Shown here: piece by piece, positions 28,219-37,502 of the stretch | Layout: each line of letters starts with the position of its first letter | How positions within the stretch are numbered: the stretch's first letter is position 1 | NCBI GenBank assembly: GCA_965277805.1 | Contig: OZ255842.1 | Coordinates: 4,032,001-4,096,000 of the forward strand | Reading direction: 5' to 3' | Length of the DNA: 64,000 nt | DNA from: Candidatus Lustribacter sp. | GTDB lineage: Bacteria > Vulcanimicrobiota > Vulcanimicrobiia > Vulcanimicrobiales > Vulcanimicrobiaceae | Program-made: the position numbers and the translations under genes | Notes under the pieces: model-generated | Told to the model about the DNA's origin: nothing | The model's input: the letters and a program-made list of their open reading frames with translations, nothing else | Databases searched by the model: none

Positions 28219-28809
28219 CTACGCGACGAGGTGGTCGTAGACGATGTTCGCGCGAGTGCGCAGCGTCGCGAGATCGCCGTCGTTGTCGATCGCGTAGGTT
28301 GCGCGGCGGCGCGCTTCGTAGGGGTCGATTTGCGCGCGCATGCGGTCGAGCACTGCCGCGCGGTCGATCCCGTCGCGTTGCATCACGCGCGCGATGCGCG
28401 CCTCCTCGGGCGCGAATACCACCACCGTCGCGTCGCACGTGCGCCAGTACTCGCCCTCGAACAGAAGCGGAATTACGTGCACCTCGAGCGCATCTGGCGG
28501 CACCTGTGCGACGAGCGCCCGGGCCAGCGCGCGCACGCGCGGATGCACGATTCCGTTGAGCACGGTACGCTCGGCCTCGTTCGCAAAGATGATGCTCGCG
28601 AGCGCCGCGCGATCGAGCGTTCCGTCGGGCGTGATAACCGACGGCCACCGCAACGCGATCTCGCCGAGACCGCGGCTGCCCGGGGCGACGGCTTCTCGCG
28701 CGAGCAGATCGGAGTCGATGATGAATGCACCGCGTTCGCGCCAGACATCCGCGACCGCGGTTTTGCCCGCACCGATGCCGCCGGTCAACCCGACGCTCAA
28801 CAAACTCAT
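28219..28809 (-). CDS. coaE: Dephospho-CoA kinase
   Basis: 'GLTGGIGAGKT', 'LDRAALA', 'HPRV', 'IPLLFE'. Confidence 0.93.
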   Translation of the reverse strand: MSLLSVGLTGGIGAGKTAVADVWRERGAFIIDSDLLAREAVAPGSRGLGEIALRWPSVITPDGTLDRAALASIIFANEAERTVLNGIVHPRVRALARALVAQVPPDALEVHVIPLLFEGEYWRTCDATVVVFAPEEARIARVMQRDGIDRAAVLDRMRAQIDPYEARRRATYAIDNDGDLATLRTRANIVYDHLVA

Positions 28810-28822
28810 CGCGCGGACAATT

Positions 28823-28854
28823 AAAAAAGGGAAGGCGATGTGCCTTCCCCTTTT
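28823..28854 (-). terminator. Rho-independent terminator downstream of rpsA (possibly bidirectional)
   Basis: GGGAAGGC/GCCTTCCC stem, flanked by A6 and T4 runs. Confidence 0.75.
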
Positions 28855-28876
28855 CGTTTGCGCTACGCGCCGTTTA

Positions 28877-30034
28877 TTAAACGGGTGAAGCGAGTTCCGT
28901 GCCCAGCGGGCTGAACGCATCTTCGGGAACGAACTCGGCAAGCTCGTCCGGCGAAACGTCGGCGACGTGCTGGATCGATCCGGTGATCCGGCGCGTGCCC
29001 TGGTTGATCGTGAGCAGCGTGACCTCGACGTCTTCGCCCGGCGAGTACTGTTTCGCCGTATCGAATTCGCCCTTCGGCACCATCGCGAGCACGCCCGGAA
29101 CGATCTCGACGAGGAGATAGTTCGGGGTGACCTTGACGACTTGCGCGATCAGCTTGTTGCCTTCGAACAAGGCTTCGGCGTGCTCGACCCACGGATCGGG
29201 CAACGCGTGCTTGAGCGAGAGCGAGACCTTCTTCGCATCGGGATCGAACTTCATCACTTCGACCGAAACCGTGTCGCCGATCTTGACGACTTCCGACGGA
29301 TGCTTGATCCGCGCGTACGAGAGTTCGGAGTTGTGGATGAGGCCGTCGATGCCGCCGAGGTCGACGAACGCGCCGAACTCCGCCAACCGGACGACGACGC
29401 CTTCGCGAATTTGGCCGACTTGCAGCGTGCCGAGCAGCTCTTGCTTCTTCTGGTTGAGTTCTTCTTCCAGAACTTGGCGCTGCGAGAGCACCACGCGATG
29501 CCGCTTGTGGTCGAGGTCGATGACCTTGAGCCGCAGCTTCTTCCCGACGAGTTCGTCGAGGTTGCCGACCGGCTGGCGACGGATCTGCGAGGCGGGCACG
29601 AAGCCGCGCATCCCGAGATCGACCAGCACGCCGCCCTTGACGACTTGGGTCACGGTCGCTTCGATCACTTCGTCGTGCTCGTGCGCTTCGATGACTTTTT
29701 CCCACGTCTTGAGTGCGCGGGCGCGGCGTTCGCTCAAATACAGTTGACCATCGTTCTCATCGATACGATGGATCATCACCTCGAGTTTATCGCCGACGCT
29801 GAGTTCTTTCGGCTCGATGATGAGCGAAAGCTCGCGGAAGGGGAGAATTCCCTCGGACTTACCGCCGATGTCGACGAGCAGTTCGTCCTGATACTTTGCA
29901 ACGATGACGCCGACGAGGACTTGGCCTTCGTCGAGAACCTTGAGGCTCTCTTCGTAGAGTCGCTGTTCGAGCGCGAGTTGGTCTTCTTCTTCTTCGATCG
30001 GTGCCGGCGTCTCCGGCGAGATGGTAGCAGAAAT
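28877..30034 (-). CDS. rpsA: 30S ribosomal protein S1 (4 S1 domains), probable ATT start
   Basis: S1 motifs 'LLVDIGGKSEG', 'GFVPASQI', 'FGAFVDLGGIDGLIH'; the first S1 domain lies upstream of the first GTG/ATG; ATT at 30034 follows AAAGAAG. Confidence 0.92.
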   Translation of the reverse strand: MSATISPETPAPIEEEEDQLALEQRLYEESLKVLDEGQVLVGVIVAKYQDELLVDIGGKSEGILPFRELSLIIEPKELSVGDKLEVMIHRIDENDGQLYLSERRARALKTWEKVIEAHEHDEVIEATVTQVVKGGVLVDLGMRGFVPASQIRRQPVGNLDELVGKKLRLKVIDLDHKRHRVVLSQRQVLEEELNQKKQELLGTLQVGQIREGVVVRLAEFGAFVDLGGIDGLIHNSELSYARIKHPSEVVKIGDTVSVEVMKFDPDAKKVSLSLKHALPDPWVEHAEALFEGNKLIAQVVKVTPNYLLVEIVPGVLAMVPKGEFDTAKQYSPGEDVEVTLLTINQGTRRITGSIQHVADVSPDELAEFVPEDAFSPLGTELASPV

Positions 30035-30061
30035 GGTGTGTGTGCTTCTTTCGTTTTGATT

Positions 30062-30877
30062 TTATTTTTGGCAGCCTCGGCACCACCAGGTACCGCGCTG
30101 ACCGAGAACCGTACGCACGATGGGTTTTCCGCATCGTCTGCACGGTTCGCCCAGCCGCCCGTAAACGTCCAGCTGGTTTTGGAACCCGCCCTTGAGCCCT
30201 TCGGCGTCGACGTAATCGTCGACGGACGTGCCCCGCGCCTCTATGGAGCGTTGCAAGACGTCGATGATCGCGCCGTGAAGCCGGCGGCGGGCCGGCCTCG
30301 TGACCTTCTGCGCGGGGCGGTTGGGACGAATCCCGGCCTCCCACAGAGCCTCGCACGCATAGATGTTTCCGACGCCCGAAATATGCTTTTGGTCGAGCAG
30401 AAACGTCTTGATCGGCGTTCGACGCCCGTCCAGCATACTCACAAAGGCCTCAGAGGTAAAGTCCTTCGAGAGCGGTTCCACCCCGCCGTCGGCATCCCAG
30501 ACCTCTTCGGCGGCAAGCAAGCGCATGCGGCCGAACTGGCGGACATCGGCAAAACACAGCCGCCAGCCGTCGGAAAACGTGAGGCGAATGTGCGTGTAGG
30601 GGTGCGGTTCCGAGACTTCCGGCGCCTGGACGATCAAGCGGCCGGTCATGCGCAGGTGCACCGTCAGTCGCCGGCCTGAGCCGAACTGGACGACGATGAA
30701 CTTCCCACGGCGGCCGACCGCCACGATGCGCTCGCCTCGCAGCGTCTCACGAAATGAGACGCCGGGCGGCGCCACGGCGATCTTGGCCATGCTGACCACA
30801 ACGTCCGCGACCGTCTTGCCGACAACCGCATTCGCGAGGCCGCGCGCGATTGTCTCGACTTCCGGGAGCTCGGGCAC
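30062..30877 (-). CDS. mutM: Formamidopyrimidine-DNA glycosylase
   Basis: N-terminal PELPEV, 'HLRMTG', 'GVGNIYA', C-terminal zinc finger. Confidence 0.96.
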   Translation of the reverse strand: MPELPEVETIARGLANAVVGKTVADVVVSMAKIAVAPPGVSFRETLRGERIVAVGRRGKFIVVQFGSGRRLTVHLRMTGRLIVQAPEVSEPHPYTHIRLTFSDGWRLCFADVRQFGRMRLLAAEEVWDADGGVEPLSKDFTSEAFVSMLDGRRTPIKTFLLDQKHISGVGNIYACEALWEAGIRPNRPAQKVTRPARRRLHGAIIDVLQRSIEARGTSVDDYVDAEGLKGGFQNQLDVYGRLGEPCRRCGKPIVRTVLGQRGTWWCRGCQK

Positions 30878-30914
30878 CGGTTTCTAGAACCCGCTCCGCG
30901 CCGGAATCGTTGCG

Positions 30915-31304
30915 CTAATCGGGGCAGTCGGCGGGGGCGCCGCTCAAGCGCTCGGCTGCCATCAGGGCACGGCACTGGTTGATCGTCAGCAGCAAGATGC
31001 GCGCCGCGATCTGCTGCCCGCTGATGGTGCGATACGTGACCCGGGCCAGCAGGCCGGGCGGGACGCGCGTGACCTCCGCGCCGTTGATTTTGCCGTCGCT
31101 GCTTTCGACACCGTGAAAATCAGCCGGAACGATGAAGCCCATCGTCTGGTGGGTCTTGCCGTTGAACACCCGGATCCGGCCCGGCTGCGCGAGCTGCACG
31201 GTGCCCGAAAAGACCAGCGTCTGTGCCGATTCGGCTTTGCACACGAGGCACGGGATCGGGGTGTTCGGCGGCAGCGGAACGTTCTGGGCGAAGAGGCTAA
31301 TCAT
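30915..31304 (-). CDS. Hypothetical protein
   Basis: Fills the operon gap and overlaps the upstream stop; has a CxxC; no recognisable family. Confidence 0.55.
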   Translation of the reverse strand: MISLFAQNVPLPPNTPIPCLVCKAESAQTLVFSGTVQLAQPGRIRVFNGKTHQTMGFIVPADFHGVESSDGKINGAEVTRVPPGLLARVTYRTISGQQIAARILLLTINQCRALMAAERLSGAPADCPD

Positions 31305-31827
31305 CGCGCGGCGGAATCATGACCCCGCTGACGTCGAGCGACGCGCCGGGCTTGATTCCCGCGCGGGCGGCTTCCCCGGCGCCCAGTTCGATCACATACG
31401 TGCCCGTGCCCGAGCGGTGCGGAATCTTCTCATCGGGCGTGTCGACGGTCGTGGAGGGAACGTTGGCACGCACTTCGTTGACTTTGCCGCTCTTCGCGAC
31501 GAAGACCATGTCGAGCGGAATCAGCGTGTTCTTCATCCAGAAATCGCGATAGTTGTCGCCGTCGGGAAAGACGAAGATCATGCCGGTGCGCGGGGGCAAG
31601 AGCCGCACGCACATCAGCCCGTACTCGCGGCGCGACGTCGTATCGGCGACGCGCAGTTCGAGCGTTTCAGCCGGCGCGCGGACATGCACCGGGGTGGGCG
31701 CGGCGGTTTGCGCGGTAACGCAGGCGGCCGGAGTCGGCTCTGCCTGCGCGGCGCCCGGTGCGAGTGCGAACACCGCAGCGATGAAGCCGGCCCGGGCGCG
31801 TTGTGTCATCGGCATCGCCATCCTCAT
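31297..31827 (-). CDS. DUF192 family protein (start uncertain, 31809-31827)
   Basis: 'VADT..RE.GLM', 'GMIFVF', 'FWMKNTLIPLDMVF', 'YVIELGAG'. Confidence 0.88.
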   Translation of the reverse strand: MRMAMPMTQRARAGFIAAVFALAPGAAQAEPTPAACVTAQTAAPTPVHVRAPAETLELRVADTTSRREYGLMCVRLLPPRTGMIFVFPDGDNYRDFWMKNTLIPLDMVFVAKSGKVNEVRANVPSTTVDTPDEKIPHRSGTGTYVIELGAGEAARAGIKPGASLDVSGVMIPPRDD

Positions 31828-31852
31828 ACCCACGTGTAGCCTCGGCCCTACC

Positions 31853-34522
31853 TCAGGTCTCGACCGGTTCCTCGTCGAGATCGAAGCTCTCGACTTCATA
31901 CCAATTGGTGCCGCTCTTCAGCGTCGCTTCGATCGGCACGCTCAGTTCGAGCGCGTGTTCCATCTCGTGCTTGATCGCCGCCGCCACGTCCTGCAGCGCC
32001 GCGCGTTCGACGTCGAAGATCAGCTCGTCGTGGATTTGTAAAATCATCGTTACGTCATCGCCGTAGCTCGCGAGACGCCGGTCGATGCGGACCATCGCGA
32101 GTTTCATCAAATCGGCAGCGCTGCCTTGCAGCGGCGCGTTGGTCGCTTCGCGTTCGGCGGCCGCGCGCAGCGCGTAATTCTTCGCGGCGAGATCGGGCAT
32201 GTAGCGGCGGCGGCCCAGAATCGTCTCCACGTAGCCGCGTTCGCGGCCTTCTTCCAAACAGCGGTCGATGTAGCCCCGCACGCCGGGAAAACGCGCGAAG
32301 TACGCTTCGGTCATCGCGTGCGCTTGGGCGCGATCGATCTCCAAGCGCTGTGCGAGCCCGAAGTCCGACATGCCGTAGAGCAAACCGAAGTTCACGCTCT
32401 TGGCCATGCGGCGCTGGTTCGGCGTGACGTCGGCGAACGGGCCGATGTCGAAGATCTTGCGCGCGGTGAAGTCGTGAATGTCCTGATGATCCCAGAAGGC
32501 TTGGCGCATCGCTTCATCGCCTGAGAGGTGCGCCATCAGCCGCAACTCGATCTGCGAGTAATCGGCAGCCAGCAGCACGCGGCTCGGCGATCCCGCCACG
32601 AAGGCGCGGCGCACTTGGCGCCCGAGTTCGCTGCGCACCGGAATGTTCTGCAGGTTCGGGTTCACCGACGAGAGCCGCCCGGTGGCGGTCGCGGTTTGGT
32701 TGAGCACCGTGTGCAGGCGGTGATCGCGCGGATCGATCAGCGTCGGCAGCACGTCGATGTAGGTGTTCTTCAGCTTCGTGACTTCGCGGTATTCGAGCAC
32801 TTGCGCCGCGATCGGAAAGCTGCGCGCGAGGCCGGCCAGCACTTCCACGCCCGTGGCGTAGCCGGTCTTGTTCTTTCCGCCGTGCGGTAAACCGAGCTTG
32901 TCGAAGAGGACGCGGCCCAATTGCTGCGGCGAGCCGATGTTGAACGGTTCCCCGGCGGCCGAGTAGATCTCGCCCTGCAGACGTTCCACGTCGGCGTCGA
33001 CGCGGGCGCGCAGATCCACCAGCGCGTCGGGATCGAGCGCAACGCCCGCTCGTTCGATTTTCGCCAGCACGACGGCCAGCGGAACTTCGACGTCGGTGTA
33101 GAGCCCGAGCTGATTGCGCGCTTCGAGTTCGGCGCGGGCGGCGCGGGTGATGCGCGAGGCGGCGTCGGCAGCGGCCGGCGGATCGTCGGGCAACTCGCGG
33201 TGAAGCACGGCCGATGCGGCCTGCGTGATGTCGGTGTACGTGCGCGCCGGGTCGAGCACGTGGGCCGCGATCATCGGATCGTCATCGATCGTGCGCGGCA
33301 GCAAGCTCAGTTTTCCGATCACCGCTTTCGCGTCGTGCACGACGAGGTGCGGCACGCCGCTCCACACGGCGTCGAACGCGTCGCCGATCGCGGCATCGGC
33401 GAGCGCGCCGCGATCGAACGCGAAGCCCGACTCGTCCTCGATGCTGACCGCGATCGCCTCGCCGCGCATCGCGATCGCTACGCGCGGGCTCGTCGCCGCC
33501 GCGCGCAGCAGTTCGGCCAGCTTCGCGAAGTCGGGCGGATCGGTTGCGGCGACGAACGACGTGTACGTGCCCTGCAGCAGTTCGTCGGTCGAAACGGGCA
33601 CGGGGTTGGCGGGCGGCGTGAGCTTGGCGAGCAGTCCCTTGAACTCGAACTCGCGGTAGAGCGCGTAGAGCGCCTCGTTCGCGGGTTGGCTGAACTGCGC
33701 CGTGCTCCAGTCGAGGGTCAGCGGCAAATCGCGCTGGATGATCGACACGTCGCGGCAGATGCGTGCCGTCTCGCCGTGCTCGCGCACCAGCGCTTCGAGC
33801 TTCGGGGTACCGGCGAGTTTCGGCTCGGCGAGCAGCGCATCGAGCGAACCGGCCGCCTTCACGAGCTTGATCGCGGTCTTCTCGCCCACGCCCGGAATGC
33901 CGGGCAAGTTGTCGGACGGATCGCCTTTGAGGCCGCGGTAATCCGGCAGCTGGTGCGGTTCGAGGTCGAAGCGCTCGCGCACCGCAGCCGCGTCGTAGCG
34001 GCCGAGGTCGGTGATACCGCGGCGGGTGGTGAGTACGGTCGTCGTGTCGTCCACGGTCTGCAGCATGTCGAGATCGCCGGTCACGACGATCGTGCGTTGC
34101 CCGTCTTCGGCGGCAATACGCGCCAGCGTCGCCATCACGTCGTCGGCCTCTTCGCCTTCGATTTCGATAATCGGAATGCCGTAGGTCGCGAGGATCTTGC
34201 GCACGAGCGCGAACTGGCCGCGCAGGTCGGTCGGCATTTCGTCGCGCTGCGCCTTGTATTGTGGATACATCGCCACGCGCGCGGCCGGGAGCCCCTTGTC
34301 GAAGGCCGCGATCACGTGGGTCGGCTTTTCGTCGGCGATGAGCTTCGTGAGCATCATCGTGAAGCCGTAGGCGGCATTGATCGGCATGCCGTGCGTGGTC
34401 GTCAGCGCCGGTAACGCGAAGAACGCGCGATAGACGAGGCCGTAGGTATCGAGCAGCATCAAGCGCGCGGATTGCGGCGCGGGAACGCCGCGGTCGCCCA
34501 GCGGCAGCGCGACGTCGGTCAT
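31853..34522 (-). CDS. polA: DNA polymerase I
   Basis: 5'-3' exonuclease motifs (EADD, GDPSDN), 'TGRLSS.NPNLQNIP', 'DYSQIELR', 'QIHDEL'. Confidence 0.97.
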   Translation of the reverse strand: MTDVALPLGDRGVPAPQSARLMLLDTYGLVYRAFFALPALTTTHGMPINAAYGFTMMLTKLIADEKPTHVIAAFDKGLPAARVAMYPQYKAQRDEMPTDLRGQFALVRKILATYGIPIIEIEGEEADDVMATLARIAAEDGQRTIVVTGDLDMLQTVDDTTTVLTTRRGITDLGRYDAAAVRERFDLEPHQLPDYRGLKGDPSDNLPGIPGVGEKTAIKLVKAAGSLDALLAEPKLAGTPKLEALVREHGETARICRDVSIIQRDLPLTLDWSTAQFSQPANEALYALYREFEFKGLLAKLTPPANPVPVSTDELLQGTYTSFVAATDPPDFAKLAELLRAAATSPRVAIAMRGEAIAVSIEDESGFAFDRGALADAAIGDAFDAVWSGVPHLVVHDAKAVIGKLSLLPRTIDDDPMIAAHVLDPARTYTDITQAASAVLHRELPDDPPAAADAASRITRAARAELEARNQLGLYTDVEVPLAVVLAKIERAGVALDPDALVDLRARVDADVERLQGEIYSAAGEPFNIGSPQQLGRVLFDKLGLPHGGKNKTGYATGVEVLAGLARSFPIAAQVLEYREVTKLKNTYIDVLPTLIDPRDHRLHTVLNQTATATGRLSSVNPNLQNIPVRSELGRQVRRAFVAGSPSRVLLAADYSQIELRLMAHLSGDEAMRQAFWDHQDIHDFTARKIFDIGPFADVTPNQRRMAKSVNFGLLYGMSDFGLAQRLEIDRAQAHAMTEAYFARFPGVRGYIDRCLEEGRERGYVETILGRRRYMPDLAAKNYALRAAAEREATNAPLQGSAADLMKLAMVRIDRRLASYGDDVTMILQIHDELIFDVERAALQDVAAAIKHEMEHALELSVPIEATLKSGTNWYEVESFDLDEEPVET

Positions 34523-36897
34523 TGCACGGTCAGCGCGATCGACGCCGCGCCGACGTCGCCGTCGTCGGTCATTTTGATGATCGAGAGCACGTAGCGTCCC
34601 GGATCGCGCGGCACCGCAACGTTCACCGTCGCGCCGGTGCTCCGTTCGACCCGCCACGTGTAGACGCGTGTTGCGGCCGCGACGATCGTGTCGGGCGCGG
34701 CGGTTTGGCGCGGCTGATCGAAGCCGAAGATGTCGCCGGCCGTCGACTTCGCGGGCGCGACCCACGTGTGCCACGGCGGGTCGGTGGAAGCGAGATTTTG
34801 CGTCGTCGTGCCGGCCGATGCGAGCACGCCCGGGATGTCGTCAAACGACGCGCCGCCGGTGCCGCGCCGGTCGCTGACGCGCACGGCGATCGTGGCCGCG
34901 CTCGGATCGTTGCCGTCGGCGACCGTGATCGCGGCCGTTGCGCCGGGCGAATACGTTGCGCGATCGGCCTTCAGCGCGATCGAGCGCTGATGCCCTGGGC
35001 CGTCGACGACCAGCGGCTGCGACGCCGCAACGAGCGCGCCGTCGCGCACGAACGCGATACCGACCGTCAGCGCGCCGATCGTTTCCGGAACCGCGATCGA
35101 GGTGTTCGCCGCGCCGCTCGGCGCGGAGACGACCGCCGGCGTCACGCCGCGCGCGCTTTCCATCGTAATGAGCGCATCGCCGGCTGCGCCCGACAGGCTC
35201 GCGCTGATGCCGGTGTGTTCGCCCGGCTTCTGACGCGCTGGGTCGACGGCGATCTTCACGTCGCTCGCATTGTTGACGCTATTCCCGCTGAGCGCGCGCG
35301 GTGCGACCGTGATTGCGGAAACGTCGATCGCTTGCGCGTTGTCGACCGCGGCCTGCGCGGTCGCCAGGTTCATGCCGAGCGCGACGCCGGTAAACGTGGC
35401 CCGCGCCGTACCGTCAGGACCGAGCGTCAACGCATCGTCCTGAATCGTCGGGCCGTGACTGAGGCGCACGCGCACCGCGAGGCCCGACGCCGGCGCACCG
35501 GTGAGCGCATCGAACCCGCGCACGTCGAACGACGCGGTATCCGAGGGATCGATCGATGCCGCGAGCGGCACGATCGCGAGCGCGACGCGCGCGTTCGGCG
35601 CCACGAGATTCGCGCTCGCCGTCGAGGCGCCGCTGGCCGCGGCTACGCCGTACGTCGACGCGAGGCCATCGGTCGGGGCCGGGATCGCAACGTGTGCGAT
35701 GCCGAGCGGATCGGTCTGCACGGTCGTGTCGACGATCGTCGTCACGCCCCAAGCGCTTGCATCCTCTCCCGCGTCGGGCGGTTGTACGTGCGGCGAGCGC
35801 ACGATGCGCACGCGAATGTTTTGCGCGGCGACCGGCGCGCCCGCGCGGGTCAGGTTCAACGTGAGCGGGATCGGCGCAGAGGGCGAGCACGACGTGGAGC
35901 ATGGCGCAACGATTCCGAGCACCGAGTCACCGGCGCCGTCGATGTGGATCGTCGCGCCGCTGCTCGCGCCTTGAATCGAAGCCAGGATCACGGCGTCGCC
36001 GGCGGGCGCCGCCGGCGGAAGAGCGAGGCTCGTGCTAAACGCGCCGGCCGCGTCGAGTGCGGCGCGCGCCGACGCGACCGTGGTGCCGTTGTTGACGACG
36101 GTCAGCGCGACCTCGCCGGTCGCCGGACGATAGACGTTCCCGTTGCGGCGGCGCGCGAAGCCGACGACGCGCACGCTGTCCCCCGCACTTGCCGACGCGC
36201 GGTCGGCGCGCACCGCCAGCACGGAAGCCGGCGGCGGCGATTGCGGAAACAGCGAGACGAACGCTTTGCTCTTGCCCCACTCGGCGAGCGCAAACACCGC
36301 ATGCGCCGGCACGCGCGAGATCCCGTGCGCATCGGTTTGGTCGTATGCGAAATGCGTTCCGATCAGATACGTCACGCGCATTCCGTGCAGCGCTCGCCCG
36401 GTGCCCAAGTCGGCACCGTAGATCAGCGAGCCCGCCGGCGATTCTTTCGTCAGCATGCCCACGCGCGAGAGATTGAGCCACACCTGCTGCACCGCGCTGC
36501 CGCGGCGCGCTTCGATCACGTAGAAGCCTTCGCGATTGAGCAGCGGCACTTCGACGTCGTTCGAAGCGAACGTGAGACCCGGCGGCGGCGCGAAGCGCCA
36601 ATGCGCGACCGCCTTCATGTGCGAGGTGTCGACGGCGCGCGGCCGCGCGTTGGCGCCCGCGACGAGCACGTCGGTCGGATCGACGTCGTAGGCGGAAAAA
36701 TCGACCGCCGCGCCGCTGTAGGTGTCGAGCCGCAGCGTGATGCGCTTCCACGGCACGCTCGTGTTGCGCGCGAAAAGCGCGAAGTAATTGTCCCACTTGC
36801 CCGAGTCCAGCAGCGGACGCGCAGCGCGTGCCGGCGGAACAGCAACGGAAAATGTGAGAAGCAGCACGGCCAGCGCTGCAGCAAGCCTACGGTTCGT
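34519..36897 (-). CDS. Alpha-2-macroglobulin-like secreted protein lacking the thioester/C-terminal half
   Basis: MG-domain motifs ('GFYVIEA', 'TDAHG', 'ADRASASAGDSV', 'ADRATYSPG'); no CxEQ; start is GTG 36867 or ACG 36897. Confidence 0.65.
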   Translation of the reverse strand, partial: TNRRLAAALAVLLLTFSVAVPPARAARPLLDSGKWDNYFALFARNTSVPWKRITLRLDTYSGAAVDFSAYDVDPTDVLVAGANARPRAVDTSHMKAVAHWRFAPPPGLTFASNDVEVPLLNREGFYVIEARRGSAVQQVWLNLSRVGMLTKESPAGSLIYGADLGTGRALHGMRVTYLIGTHFAYDQTDAHGISRVPAHAVFALAEWGKSKAFVSLFPQSPPPASVLAVRADRASASAGDSVRVVGFARRRNGNVYRPATGEVALTVVNNGTTVASARAALDAAGAFSTSLALPPAAPAGDAVILASIQGASSGATIHIDGAGDSVLGIVAPCSTSCSPSAPIPLTLNLTRAGAPVAAQNIRVRIVRSPHVQPPDAGEDASAWGVTTIVDTTVQTDPLGIAHVAIPAPTDGLASTYGVAAASGASTASANLVAPNARVALAIVPLAASIDPSDTASFDVRGFDALTGAPASGLAVRVRLSHGPTIQDDALTLGPDGTARATFTGVALGMNLATAQAAVDNAQAIDVSAITVAPRALSGNSVNNASDVKIAVDPARQKPGEHTGISASLSGAAGDALITMESARGVTPAVVSAPSGAANTSIAVPETIGALTVGIAFVRDGALVAASQPLVVDGPGHQRSIALKADRATYSPGATAAITVADGNDPSAATIAVRVSDRRGTGGASFDDIPGVLASAGTTTQNLASTDPPWHTWVAPAKSTAGDIFGFDQPRQTAAPDTIVAAATRVYTWRVERSTGATVNVAVPRDPGRYVLSIIKMTDDGDVGAASIALTVQ

Positions 36898-37270
36898 AGC
36901 TGATCGTCCCCGTAATGACGGAATCGGGTATCCGGAAACCGACGGTATAATCGCGCTTGTCGCCCTGCTTGAGCATGCGGTGCGGGTTGGCCACGCCGAT
37001 CAGCGCGCTCGATCCGGAGTCGGTACCTTGGTAGCGCTCGTTGCCGGTTGCGGTAAGGAAGAAGCGGCTCACGTCGGGCGTGAAGTCGTGGGACGTGTCG
37101 TTGGTCAGCTCAACCGTTGCGACCGCGTAGGTTTGGATACCCGGCGTCAGGCGCACAATGAGAACGCGGACGTCACCGATTCCGGTCAGCGCCGGAGCCG
37201 CGACCGCGGTTGCCCTGCAGGCACCGACTGCAAGAGCAAGCGCGAGCGCCAAAACCGTGCGTTTCCACAT
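36887..37270 (-). CDS. Exported DUF4352-like Ig-fold protein
   Basis: Signal peptide; 'VELTNDTS...FFLTATGNERY...LKQGDKRDYTVGFRIP'. Confidence 0.6.
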   Translation of the reverse strand: MWKRTVLALALALAVGACRATAVAAPALTGIGDVRVLIVRLTPGIQTYAVATVELTNDTSHDFTPDVSRFFLTATGNERYQGTDSGSSALIGVANPHRMLKQGDKRDYTVGFRIPDSVITGTISYEP

Positions 37271-37331
37271 TCAAATAGCGGTTTCGGCGGCCCCAAAGGC
37301 GCGTCCCGTTGCAAGGCAGAAGGCGAAAAGC

Positions 37332-37502
37332 GTGGACGAAAAGCGCCCCAAACGGAACTCCACCAACGCACCCTGCCGCTCGTGCGGCAGCGACGACCGT
37401 ACGCGCGTCGCGCGCGACGTTCGCGCGGCCGGCGCGACGTTCCAAGTGATCGTGGCCTGCGCGACCTGCGGCCACGCATTCGCAGCGCTCTCGCGCAACT
37501 GA
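37332..37502 (+). CDS. Small zinc-ribbon protein (56 aa)
   Basis: GTG start; CRSC...CATCGH; TGATG coupling to the next gene. Confidence 0.55.
   Translation: MDEKRPKRNSTNAPCRSCGSDDRTRVARDVRAAGATFQVIVACATCGHAFAALSRN

Noticed and set aside
30034-30064. MutM-S1 fusion by stop read-through (genes are in frame)
   Set aside because: MutM ends normally at its zinc finger with TAA, and the spacer looks like a translation initiation region; an AUU start is the simpler explanation
34522-36903. 793-aa plus-strand ORF antisense to the A2M-like gene (likewise 28967-30679 opposite rpsA/mutM and 32921-34414 opposite polA)
   Set aside because: Antisense shadow frames with no recognisable domains
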